From NCBI GenBank assembly GCA_019747735.1, contig JAIEQL010000040.1, positions 3,179-67,178 on the forward strand: 64,000 bases of DNA. The letters run 5' to 3'. Shown one piece after another: positions 55,527 through 64,000 of this stretch. This DNA is from Chthoniobacterales bacterium. GTDB lineage: Bacteria; Verrucomicrobiota; Verrucomicrobiia; Chthoniobacterales; UBA6821. A model generated the notes under the pieces. It saw only the letters and a program-made list of their open reading frames with translations, was not told where the DNA came from and made no database searches. Positions within the stretch are counted from its first letter, which is position 1; each line of letters starts with the position of its first letter. A program made the position numbers and the translations under genes.

Positions 55527-55850
55527 ATGCCATCCTTACTAAAAATTATTATCACTACTTTTAGCGACCAAGAAGTGGCAACCTCTGTGCTTCAGACTCT
55601 TCTTAAAGAGAAGTTGGCAGTATGTGGTACCATCCTTCCTCAAGCTCATTCTATTTATCATTGGCAAGGTAAAATTGAAGAAGCAGAAGAGGTTGTTGTT
55701 TGGATTAAAACTTCTCAAGACTTATTAGTCTCTTGTCAAAATCGCCTCACTCTTCTTCATCCTTATAAAATTGCTGAGCTGATTGTGCTGGAGCCTCTTT
55801 TTGTTGGTGAGGCTTATCAGCGGTGGATTGAAGAGACTCTGGCTGGGTAA
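55527..55850 (+). CDS. cutA: Divalent-cation tolerance protein CutA
   Basis: AVCGTILPQAHSIYHWQGKIEE...KT...HPY fits the CutA1 signature. Confidence 0.85.
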   Translation: MPSLLKIIITTFSDQEVATSVLQTLLKEKLAVCGTILPQAHSIYHWQGKIEEAEEVVVWIKTSQDLLVSCQNRLTLLHPYKIAELIVLEPLFVGEAYQRWIEETLAG

Positions 55851-55994
55851 TGAGTGATGAATAATGGGTAATGGGTAGTACCATTTTCAAAAATCCTCCA
55901 CTTGCGAACAGTAATATAGATTGTGATATTAATGGTAAAATAGTTACGTTTTCTATTGAGAATTTTAGAAGGAACTATACAATCAGCCCTCCTT

Positions 55995-56951
55995 ATGAAG
56001 TTGCTCTTAGTAGATGGTCATTATTATCTCTATCGATCTTTCTTCGCTATTGGTGAATTGAGCAATTCTCGAGGAGAGCCAACCAATGCTATTTATGGAT
56101 TTATTAGGGCTCTGCGCAAGATGCTGGTTGATATCAAGCCTGATTTAGCTGTTGTTGTCTGGGATGAGGGATTACCAGAGCGGCGCACAACGCTCCAACC
56201 TGAATATAAGCAACATCGAGAAGAGATGCCTAATGAGTTGCAAGCACAACAAGCACCACTGCGTTTATTGGTCTCTCAATTTGGAATTACAAATGTTTCT
56301 GCTCCCAATACAGAAGCCGATGATCTCATTGCTTCCTATGTTACAGATGCTCTTACAAAGAAGATAAAATGCGTCATTGCTACCAATGATAAAGATATCA
56401 TGCAGCTTGTTAGTGATGATGTCGTGATTTACTCTGTAGCAAAGGCTGATTTAACAAAAGCTGATGCTACCATTGCAGATAAACCTCAACTTGCTCAGCA
56501 AGCCAAAGAAAATTATTCTTATGCATTGCTTGGAGTTGCGGAAGTCAAAGAAAAATGGGGCGTTTCTCCTCCACAGTTACTGGACTTATTGGCGCTTACA
56601 GGTGACGCTGCTGATAATATTCGAGGTCTTACTGGGGTTGGAAAAAAAACAGCAGCAACATGGCTTCAACGCTATGGCTCTTTGGAAGAGTTGCTCTCTG
56701 CTAGAGACCTTCCGTTAAAAATTAAGGAAAAGGTAGAGTCTTCTTGTCAACAATTGAGGCAAAACCGTCTCATGATTGAACTTGATCGTGACTTACCTCT
56801 TCCTGTGCCACTAGAGAATTGTGAAATTGTCCCGGACTATCCTTCCTTAATCTCAACTCTCCAACAATTAGAATTTCGCTCCTTAGCGACAGAGCTAGAA
56901 AAAGAAGCTCAACGCCTAGGGATCGATACAAAATCGATATTACCATTATGA
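55995..56951 (+). CDS. Stand-alone 5'-3' exonuclease (Pol I N-terminal/FEN-like)
   Basis: MKLLLVDGHYYLYRSFFA, EADDLIA, and an H3TH region (LTGDAADNIRGLTGVGKKTA). There is no polymerase domain. Confidence 0.85.
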   Translation: MKLLLVDGHYYLYRSFFAIGELSNSRGEPTNAIYGFIRALRKMLVDIKPDLAVVVWDEGLPERRTTLQPEYKQHREEMPNELQAQQAPLRLLVSQFGITNVSAPNTEADDLIASYVTDALTKKIKCVIATNDKDIMQLVSDDVVIYSVAKADLTKADATIADKPQLAQQAKENYSYALLGVAEVKEKWGVSPPQLLDLLALTGDAADNIRGLTGVGKKTAATWLQRYGSLEELLSARDLPLKIKEKVESSCQQLRQNRLMIELDRDLPLPVPLENCEIVPDYPSLISTLQQLEFRSLATELEKEAQRLGIDTKSILPL

Positions 56952-57583
56952 TGAAACGACGTATTGTTCATGAAATTGGAAAAAGTCAGCGCCTTTCCAT
57001 CTTAGAGCTTTTAAAACGATCAGCTAATGGAATGGCCGTAGCAGATATTGCCCTCTCTCTGTCGATGAGCTACATGGGCATTAAAGCGCATTGTATTGAA
57101 ATGCATCAACAAGGGTATCTAGAAACATGGCGCCAGCCAGGAATGCGTGGACGTCCTCTCATGTATTACCGTTTGACAGAAAAAGCGCATGAGCTTTTTG
57201 CAGAAGAAAATTATCAACTGGTTTCTTCCTTGCTCCAAGTCTCAAAAACGCTCTTTGGTCCAACAGCCCCCTTAAAGCTCTTAATGCTCCACTTTCGTTC
57301 TCTGGCCACAAATTATCAAGAGCGTATTAAAAAAGAGAGTGTCATGGAGCGCGCTCGTGCGCTTTCACTCCTGCGTGAAGCTGATGGATCAATGAGCCAA
57401 TTTGAAGAGGGAACTCCTTGGAAAATCATAGAAAGTCATGATCTTTATCAAAATCTTTTGACCGATTATCCTGAAGTTGAAGCTCTCGAGCGCCAAATGA
57501 TAAGCGATGTCATTGGTGTTCCTGTACGCCGTGATATTACTCGAGTCGCCGGTCTTTATCGGGCTGTTATTACTCCGGAATAA
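56948..57583 (+). CDS. Winged-helix (ArsR/SufR-like) transcriptional regulator
   Basis: The N-terminal wHTH is RLSILELLKRSANGMAVADIALSLSMSYMGIKAHCIEMHQQGYLE. An ATGA overlap joins it to the exonuclease gene. Confidence 0.5.
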   Translation: MMKRRIVHEIGKSQRLSILELLKRSANGMAVADIALSLSMSYMGIKAHCIEMHQQGYLETWRQPGMRGRPLMYYRLTEKAHELFAEENYQLVSSLLQVSKTLFGPTAPLKLLMLHFRSLATNYQERIKKESVMERARALSLLREADGSMSQFEEGTPWKIIESHDLYQNLLTDYPEVEALERQMISDVIGVPVRRDITRVAGLYRAVITPE

Positions 57584-57619
57584 CATTGTAGATTGTTTTG
57601 GACAGCTATGAGTCCGACT

Positions 57620-59617
57620 CTACTCCATCAAACATTCGCCATCTTCTGAAAAGTTCGGTGAGTAGTCTCCCTTCATCGAAAAGGGATTATAATTGTAGTG
57701 CAACATGACAGCCCAAGAGGTAGAAACCGTGCTTGGTAAAGGATTCGCATACCAATGAAACGGAAGTAAGTAGCGTTTGCTGGCGTAGAGATAAGCCAAT
57801 TTAGTAGTAGGAATAAAAACTAAGGAAGAATAATCCTGTGGTCTTACGGAATCAAATTGAGTTTCTCCAGGATACTGATCGGTGCGCAAGCTCTGGAGGT
57901 GTTGAGCCATGCTATCATGATCTTTTTGGAGGCTAGCAACAAATTCACGTGCCTTATTCTGATTCTCTTCTGAGGGGGTGTTAGAGGTAATGACATTCCC
58001 ATATTGAGTGATAAGTGCCCGCACCATATTGATAGCGCCTGCAGTCCACTCAGCAGATAAAATTCCGGTATGGTCCTCTGGATGGACGTTTCCATAACCA
58101 TCAAGATCCCGGTTCGAATAGCCAACACCCCAAAGCTCTCCATTCACTTGATAAGCACCCCAAATTTTTACATTTTCCCAAAGATAATAAGCAGCTCCAA
58201 ATCCATGAGCCTTATCAATGAGAGGCTGCCCTAGTACAGCCAATCCCCATGTGTTGACGTCAACAGCTCGTAATTCGCAAGTATCAGGATGAAGATCTCG
58301 AATTGATTTCCATGGCTTATTTGCTGTGGGATTATTGGCTTCTCCTGATAAGAAAAATTCACCATGTTCCAGCCCTAATGGATGAACATCCCATGCATCG
58401 TTTATTAAAAAAGACAACAATCCTTCTGTGTGATGTGTTTTGTGCTCTTTACAAAAACAATCTCCGCCGTGAATCATAATTTTAATGATAGCCAGCGCGT
58501 TCTCAATTTTTCTTTTTTTCTCAATGTCATTGACAACCGTAGTAAAAATATTCCCTACATTTCTCTTTTTCTCCAGATCATTTAGAAGCGTGCTGCTTAA
58601 TTGTTGTTGGGTTAGTAACGTTAGCACTTTTTTAAAAACAAGGAGTCCTGCTAGTGCCGAAATATTGTTTTCGATGGAAACAGTGTAAGGGGTAATCGAT
58701 GCTTTCTTAGGATCGTTGTTTTGAACAAGACTTGCTGGAGCATAATAAATGGCGCCTGTTTCTGACTGCATTTTTTGAAATGTTGGTAACATGCTTAGGG
58801 CGCTTTGAATCGCTGGAGAATCAAAAGAAACAGGTTTTTTTGTTGACTGACTTTCAAGTAATGCTGCGTGGAGAGGACCAAGTAAAAAAGCCCATGCATT
58901 TTCTCCTGTGATGGGATTCCAATCGCGCCAAGGAACAGGGGTAGGAGATTCATTTAGAGGATCAGAGTTTTCATAAGAACGGGGAACCTGTCTGAAATAA
59001 TAGGCCTGACTGACATCATTAATAATATGTTCATTGTAACAAAATTTTCCTTCTGTATTATAAGTGGCCCTGTTTTTTCCTAACGAAATTTCTGAAGAAT
59101 TACCATCATACCCAGCGGCCAATAATTTATTTTCATTTCTTGCAAGAGAAAATAAATTCTCTCCATTAGCGTCTACTACATAGTCATGGACAGCTGCTAG
59201 GCTCAGGGCGATTTGCCACGTTGCTGCATCATAAATATTACAGCCGCTATGAATGTTAACTCGCTCTAAAACTTGCTCTGAAACGCTATCTAATTTCATT
59301 TGATCGCGTGCTTGCGTTGGATCAAGCCCTCCTTTTGGAACATAGAGATTTTCTGCATACTGAGACCAATAATCTGCAGTGCAGTAGTAACTCAGCGGCA
59401 GCGGCAATCCACTAAGAGCTCCAGCTGTGCCCATGTAAGTGACTCCTGCTTGATCAACATCAGATGTTAAAAAACAAATGATTTTTTGAATATCCTCTTT
59501 GGAGTCACACGAATGGAAAGGAAGGGTCGGTTCTGTGCCCTCAAGTGCCGCGGCGAAGATTAGGCTATTTAAAAAGAATAAGAGCAGAAGCTGTTTAACC
59601 TTTTTTTCCAGTCGCAT
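57620..59617 (-). CDS. Secreted 665-aa protein, possibly an (alpha/alpha)6 six-hairpin glycosidase-like fold
   Basis: Signal peptide present. Recurrent helix-hairpin Trp motifs (DAATWQIAL, GENAWAFLL, VNTWGLAVL, SAEWTAGAI, STSWAVML). Internal duplication LNDLEKKR / VNDIEKKR. Confidence 0.4.
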   Translation of the reverse strand: MRLEKKVKQLLLLFFLNSLIFAAALEGTEPTLPFHSCDSKEDIQKIICFLTSDVDQAGVTYMGTAGALSGLPLPLSYYCTADYWSQYAENLYVPKGGLDPTQARDQMKLDSVSEQVLERVNIHSGCNIYDAATWQIALSLAAVHDYVVDANGENLFSLARNENKLLAAGYDGNSSEISLGKNRATYNTEGKFCYNEHIINDVSQAYYFRQVPRSYENSDPLNESPTPVPWRDWNPITGENAWAFLLGPLHAALLESQSTKKPVSFDSPAIQSALSMLPTFQKMQSETGAIYYAPASLVQNNDPKKASITPYTVSIENNISALAGLLVFKKVLTLLTQQQLSSTLLNDLEKKRNVGNIFTTVVNDIEKKRKIENALAIIKIMIHGGDCFCKEHKTHHTEGLLSFLINDAWDVHPLGLEHGEFFLSGEANNPTANKPWKSIRDLHPDTCELRAVDVNTWGLAVLGQPLIDKAHGFGAAYYLWENVKIWGAYQVNGELWGVGYSNRDLDGYGNVHPEDHTGILSAEWTAGAINMVRALITQYGNVITSNTPSEENQNKAREFVASLQKDHDSMAQHLQSLRTDQYPGETQFDSVRPQDYSSLVFIPTTKLAYLYASKRYLLPFHWYANPLPSTVSTSWAVMLHYNYNPFSMKGDYSPNFSEDGECLME

Positions 59618-60019
59618 AGTTACCCTTTCCTATTTTTGCTTATGAGAAAAAATAAAGTTGTAATGGATTAAACCGAATACTTCATCACTTGCTGGGAGGG
59701 TAATGAACATTCAGGTTAAGGTGTTAAAATGCGTTAACTTGAAAAAGTGGTCGTTGATCCTAGTGAGGTGCGTAAAGGAAAAAAAGCCAAATTTTAATTT
59801 TTTTTGCTAAAAAAAAGGAGCCTGCATCCCTTGATTTTATGCATCTCTTCGGTAGTTTTTTAAACTCCGATCAATAGTGTATCCTTTCTCTCCTTCGTAA
59901 TAGTGGCTTTCTTTTCTGTTGCTTCGCTGAGTGCAGAGCCAGTAAGAGGTTGATTTGACTCGCAGAGAAGGGCTTCTTGACCTGAATGATTTTGCAAGCT
60001 TAGAAAATTCCTCAGCACT

Positions 60020-60679
60020 TCAACTATTTTGATAAACTGTCGGATCTTCTACTCCGGCAAGTGAGAATGCCTCACGTCGCTCCACACATGTCCCACAGCG
60101 GCCGCAATGCACTTCTTCTCCTTTGTAACACGACCAGGTTTTTGAATAATCCATGCCTAACTCAATACCACGTTGCACAATTTCGCCCTTGTTCATCTTC
60201 ACAAAAGGACGCAACAGTTGGATAGCAGCATCAGTTCCTTCACGCAGGGCTTCAGCCATTGGTTTTAAAAATTCCTCACGGCAATCACGGTAGATAAAAT
60301 GATCTCCGGTATGAGGGCCATAGGCCACTCCCTCCGCCCCATGGCTCTCTGCAAAGCCTGCAGCAATAGAAAGCATGATGGCATTACGAGCTGGCACCAC
60401 CGTGGATTTCATATTCTCCGCTGCATAGTGTCCTTCAGGAATCGCTCCTCCTGATTTTAAAAGGTCAGAGGAAAAATAGTCATTGATGAATGCCATCGGA
60501 ATGGTGAGGTGCGAGATTCCGAGTTTGTTGCAATGATAAGCAGCCATAGGAAGCTCTCGGTGATTATGTTTAGCGCCATAATCAAAACTTAAGGCAGCAA
60601 CAACTTCATGGTCTCGCTCCATTTCATAGAGGAGGGTAGTCGAATCAAGCCCGCCGCTTAATAGAACAATGAGCTTCAT
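60020..60679 (-). CDS. queC: 7-cyano-7-deazaguanine synthase
   Basis: The PP-loop is LLSGGLDST and the C-terminal Zn site is CGRCGTCVER. Confidence 0.9.
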   Translation of the reverse strand: MKLIVLLSGGLDSTTLLYEMERDHEVVAALSFDYGAKHNHRELPMAAYHCNKLGISHLTIPMAFINDYFSSDLLKSGGAIPEGHYAAENMKSTVVPARNAIMLSIAAGFAESHGAEGVAYGPHTGDHFIYRDCREEFLKPMAEALREGTDAAIQLLRPFVKMNKGEIVQRGIELGMDYSKTWSCYKGEEVHCGRCGTCVERREAFSLAGVEDPTVYQNS

Positions 60680-61158
60680 TTATTTTTTTTATCGCTTCCA
60701 TCCTTGTGAATTTTTTCTGGATAACTGGCTTCTACACAAAGGCCAATGCCGCCTCGTGGAGTAAAGTCTCCGGTAACGGTGATGCTGCGTGGAGAAAGGA
60801 CCTCCACAAGATCATCAAGCATCCGATTGACAATGCTCTCGGCAAAAACTCCTTGATTGCGGAAAGAGCCAAGATAGAGCTTCAGCGCTTTGCTTTCAAC
60901 GCAACGTTCTTTGGGGACGTAACGAATAGTGATTGTGGCATAATCAGGTTGTCCTGTGATAGGACACATAGAAGTAAACTCGCTTGTGCGAAAGCAAATT
61001 TCAAAACGACGCTTTGGTGCTGGGCTGACAAAGGTTTCCAGCAATGCTGTTGAAGGAACGTCAACTTGAGGGAGTGACCCTGCTCCAAGTAAGGTAAGAC
61101 CTTTTGTATTAGAAGTGAGTGGCTTTGAGATTGATGGGGAAGGGGCTTTTTTAGGCAT
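60676..61158 (-). CDS. queF: NADPH-dependent 7-cyano-7-deazaguanine reductase (type I)
   Basis: EFTSMCPITGQPDYATI, the QueF motif ESKALKLYL, and TPRGGI. An ATGA overlap joins it to queC. Confidence 0.85.
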   Translation of the reverse strand: MPKKAPSPSISKPLTSNTKGLTLLGAGSLPQVDVPSTALLETFVSPAPKRRFEICFRTSEFTSMCPITGQPDYATITIRYVPKERCVESKALKLYLGSFRNQGVFAESIVNRMLDDLVEVLSPRSITVTGDFTPRGGIGLCVEASYPEKIHKDGSDKKNK

Positions 61159-61197
61159 AAAGGTGTGTGATTAATTAGAATTCATTAATGATGATCC

Positions 61198-62040
61198 TTA
61201 GTTATTTTTCTTGGGCCGCGCGACTAGATAAACACTGAGGCTAAAGGTGAACAAGCCAAAGAGCGCTGTGATAACAAGCGAAAGCAAATAGTGAGAAAAC
61301 GTAGTGGTCGTTCCTAGAGTCAGTGCATCGCGAATGGCAGAGACGGAGTAACTCACAGGATTGAGCAGCCCGACCCAATAGAGCCAACCGCTTCCTGCTG
61401 GCATAGGAAACAAGGCTCCCGACATCATCCAAAGCGGCATGAGAAAAGTCATCATGACAGCATGGAATCCTTGGGTGGAATCCATGGGCCAGGCCACCAG
61501 AAATCCAAGCCCAGTCATGCTAAAGCCAACTAAAATGAAAGCAGGAAAGAGGAGGACGATTTGCCACCATCCAATGGGAATACCGGCAAGAGGAGCTAAG
61601 AGGCAAAAGAAGAATGCTTGCAATACGGCTAAGGTCATTCCTCCTAAAAATTTCCCCAGGGGAATCGTTGCGGCAGAAATAGGAGCGACAAGAGCACCTT
61701 GAAGAAACCCTTCGCGTCGATCTTCAATGACCGAGACGGTAGAAAAAATAGCAGTAAAGAGCATGATGAGGGTAATCGTTCCTGGGAAAAAATAGGTGAG
61801 GTAAGTGCCACTGGCCCCCATTTCTGGATTGTGAAAGGAAGGATTAAATCCAAAACCAACGAGCAACCAAAAAATAAGAGGCGTTGCCAGAGCACTTACA
61901 ATGCGGTTGCGCTGCCGTAGGAATCGCACCACATCCCGCCACCATAACGCATGGACCGGAATCCAGAGGAGGCCACCGCTATGCGGCAGCAGGTCGCAGG
62001 TCACAGATTGCAGGTTGCGGGTATCAGATTGTTGGTTCAT
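61198..62040 (-). CDS. ABC-2 type transporter permease
   Basis: Six TM segments. The ABC-2 layout begins WWRDVVRFLRQRNRIV. It is paired with the upstream ATPase. Confidence 0.8.
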   Translation of the reverse strand: MNQQSDTRNLQSVTCDLLPHSGGLLWIPVHALWWRDVVRFLRQRNRIVSALATPLIFWLLVGFGFNPSFHNPEMGASGTYLTYFFPGTITLIMLFTAIFSTVSVIEDRREGFLQGALVAPISAATIPLGKFLGGMTLAVLQAFFFCLLAPLAGIPIGWWQIVLLFPAFILVGFSMTGLGFLVAWPMDSTQGFHAVMMTFLMPLWMMSGALFPMPAGSGWLYWVGLLNPVSYSVSAIRDALTLGTTTTFSHYLLSLVITALFGLFTFSLSVYLVARPKKNN

Positions 62041-62058
62041 TTACAAAAGTATAGTTAT

Positions 62059-62126
62059 GAGCAATGGGGTCAGTACCAGTCAATTTGCAGACGCAGTCGC
62101 AAATTGGGGGACTGACCCGCTTGCTC
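62059..62126. repeat. Palindromic element, family D copy 1, inside the ABC ATPase-permease spacer
   Basis: gagcaatggggtcagtaccagtcaatttgc (62059..62088) pairs with gcaaattgggggactgacccgcttgctc (62099..62126). Confidence 0.7.
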
Positions 62127-62135
62127 GAAATTTTT

Positions 62136-63116
62136 CTACGAGCTACTGTGTTTTATGGAAGTTGGTTCCACTTCCTCATTGCCAAACATACGCCCTGTGC
62201 GCGCAATAAAGACATCGGCTAAGGTTGGGCGAGCAATGCGCAATGCAGTGATGGCACCTGGAAATTCAGCTGACAAGCGGGCTGCGAGCTCATAGGCCTG
62301 GGGATGTTCCAGTCTGACTTCTCCCTCGACCACCACAGCGGCAAGATTGTAGCGCTCATTAATTTTTTGCGCTAATTGATCAGCTCCTTGATCGGTAGAG
62401 AGGCTTAAGACATCACCATGGAGAGCAGTTGTCAGTTCCTTGGGCGTTCCAAGAGCCACAAGCTTGCCAGAGCTAAGAATACCCACGCGATCGGCTCGTG
62501 CAGCCTCTTCCATAATGTGAGTGGTGCAAAGAATGGTGACCTTTTGCTCGGCACGGAGTTTTTCTAAAGCGGCCCACAAGTCAAGACGTGCTGCAGGATC
62601 AAGGCCAGTTGAAGGTTCATCTAAAAGCAGTACTTGAGGGCGGATGAGAAGGCATTTGGCAATCTCAACACGTCGTTGCAACCCACCAGAGAGATTTTCA
62701 ACGCGATCTTGGAGGCGCTCGATGATTTGGAGAGCGGCAGCAGCATATATCAGTCGATTTTCGAGTTCTTTTCCTTTCAATCCATAAAGAGCACCACCAC
62801 AGCGTAAATTTTCGCGCACAGTGAGCTTGGCATCGAGACTAGGTGATTGAAACACCACTCCCAGACTTGTTCTGACTTGAGAGGAAGCCGTAACAACATT
62901 GTATCCCATGATTTCAGCACTTCCCTCATCGGGTTGGAGCAAGGTGCTTAAGATGCGAAAGAGCGTGCTCTTGCCGCCACCATTGGGACCAAGCATGCAA
63001 AAAATCTCGCCACAAAAAATTTCTAGATTGAGATGATCAAGGGCACGTCGAGCGCCATAATTTTTGACTAAATCTCGGATGATGATTGCAGGAGAAGGAT
63101 GATGAGAATCGCTCAT
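62136..63116 (-). CDS. ABC transporter ATP-binding protein (DrrA/NodI-like)
   Basis: Walker A is GPNGGGKST, the signature is LSGGLQRR, and Walker B is LLLDEP. Confidence 0.9.
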   Translation of the reverse strand: MSDSHHPSPAIIIRDLVKNYGARRALDHLNLEIFCGEIFCMLGPNGGGKSTLFRILSTLLQPDEGSAEIMGYNVVTASSQVRTSLGVVFQSPSLDAKLTVRENLRCGGALYGLKGKELENRLIYAAAALQIIERLQDRVENLSGGLQRRVEIAKCLLIRPQVLLLDEPSTGLDPAARLDLWAALEKLRAEQKVTILCTTHIMEEAARADRVGILSSGKLVALGTPKELTTALHGDVLSLSTDQGADQLAQKINERYNLAAVVVEGEVRLEHPQAYELAARLSAEFPGAITALRIARPTLADVFIARTGRMFGNEEVEPTSIKHSSS

Positions 63117-63158
63117 AGAGGGGCAATGATAAAGGGAAAGGTGTTGTGTGGTACAGCT

Positions 63159-63956
63159 TCAATTTTTTTGGCGGAGTCCCAAAAAATTTCGCACATAGCC
63201 TCGCTCTTCTTGTGAAAAAGGAGTTGGCTCTAGACGTACCCAGAGAGCAGTCGAGGAGCCTCCATCAAGGTTAAGAGCCCGTTTCATTTTTGTGGTTTTG
63301 AAAAAAGAGGGAGCTACGGCGAGTAGGACTTGAGAGGCTTCAGCCAGCGTGACTGGAGAGATGGTGCCCATGAGACAATTTCCGTGCTCATCCGTTGCGA
63401 TAAAAGTACGCCATGCCGTGTGCGTGGTTTCTAAGCCATTGACAACGGCGGCATGGTCCACAAGAAAAGGACCTGCTTGCACTGCCTCTTTAATGTTCTT
63501 AGGGAATTTTTCCGTCGGACGGAGCAAGAAGATATTATCCCGAGTCTCCAGGAGCAAGCCGCTTAGTAGCTTGGCTCGTTCCTGAGGGTGGATAACTTTT
63601 CCATGGGTCATGACAAGCCCAAGCGGAGTGCCATTGGGGTGAAAATAACTCGCATTGATTCCTGCAACGCATCCGGCCGACTCCATGACTTGAGATAGTT
63701 TTTGATTGCGTGCAGGAACATCCAGGAGTTGCAGATGAAAAAAAGCTGCAGAAAAAAGAAGAGCTTTAACAGTTGCCTGCTGGCAAAGGCCCTTTTGATC
63801 ACATTGCTCAAGTGTTACTGAGCGTAAAGATGCATTGCCAGGAAGTGTCCCAAGAGTTGTTTCTTTGGTGACATGCCATTGTGAAGAAGGAGAAGCTGCT
63901 TGCAGTGCAGCAGCTAAAAAAATTCCGCAAAAAAGAAGAGAGCTAATTTTTTTCAT
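63159..63956 (-). CDS. Secreted phosphodiester glycosidase-family protein (DUF2233/NAGPA-like)
   Basis: Signal peptide present. GINASYF and the C-terminal LNLDGGSSTALW are typical of the family. Confidence 0.65.
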   Translation of the reverse strand: MKKISSLLFCGIFLAAALQAASPSSQWHVTKETTLGTLPGNASLRSVTLEQCDQKGLCQQATVKALLFSAAFFHLQLLDVPARNQKLSQVMESAGCVAGINASYFHPNGTPLGLVMTHGKVIHPQERAKLLSGLLLETRDNIFLLRPTEKFPKNIKEAVQAGPFLVDHAAVVNGLETTHTAWRTFIATDEHGNCLMGTISPVTLAEASQVLLAVAPSFFKTTKMKRALNLDGGSSTALWVRLEPTPFSQEERGYVRNFLGLRQKN

Positions 63957-64000
63957 AGAATTTTACAATCGCTTCCACTAACCCAGGAATGTCATGCTGA

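Noticed and set aside
59618-60019. 400-nt gap between queC and the 665-aa secreted protein gene, screened for tRNA, ncRNA and small ORFs
   Set aside because: There is no cloverleaf or T-loop (GGTTCGAAT-like) motif and no conserved riboswitch-like pattern I can recognise. The ORFs are 46 codons or shorter, without RBS. It remains unannotated.
61159-61197. preQ1 riboswitch expected upstream of queF-queC
   Set aside because: Only 39 nt separate queF from the upstream permease stop. The sequence (aaggtgtgtgattaattagaattcattaatgatgatcc) lacks the preQ1-I hairpin and A-rich tail pattern I remember.

Overview
Bacterial chromosomal window, moderately AT-rich by eye, with about 60 protein-coding genes on both strands. 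I found no rRNA, tRNA or CRISPR array.

The backbone is housekeeping: uvrC, miaB, ilvE, polX, nuoB-nuoC, rnd, nadC, accA, rsmI, an ABC-F uup-like gene, typA, yebC, queC-queF, leucine dehydrogenase, an rlmD-like gene, trhO and wrbA. Accessory genes are interleaved with it:
- three type II toxin-antitoxin pairs
- two secreted GH1 paralogues
- two tandem OppA-like lipoproteins
- an orphan FkbH-like protein
- several secreted proteins of unknown function

The taxon cannot be fixed from the sequence. The mix of SUMF1/FGE-domain proteins, lipoproteins and a giant coiled-coil protein is reminiscent of a PVC-group, host-associated bacterium (low confidence).

Two things stand out.

(1) CD38-like island. 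A 1128-aa signal-peptide-bearing coiled-coil protein (32580..35966) carries a domain at about aa 215-358. By eye it matches the ADP-ribosyl cyclase/CD38 NAD-glycohydrolase family, with all remembered catalytic positions kept. It lies with a double SUMF1-domain membrane protein in a 6.4-kb block bracketed by direct copies of one MITE-like element.

(2) Repeats. The window is saturated with small palindromic elements:
- at least four MITE-like families, two with clear TA target-site duplications
- many arrays of degenerate 6-9-nt words (often heptamers), usually as inverted pairs abutting start or stop codons

One MITE cleanly interrupts a decaying mtnN/pfs gene. Other copies sit exactly on stop-codon TA dinucleotides.

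Gene decay is also visible in mtnN, a Nudix gene and a relE-like toxin.

All homology calls come from motif recognition by eye, not from searches.
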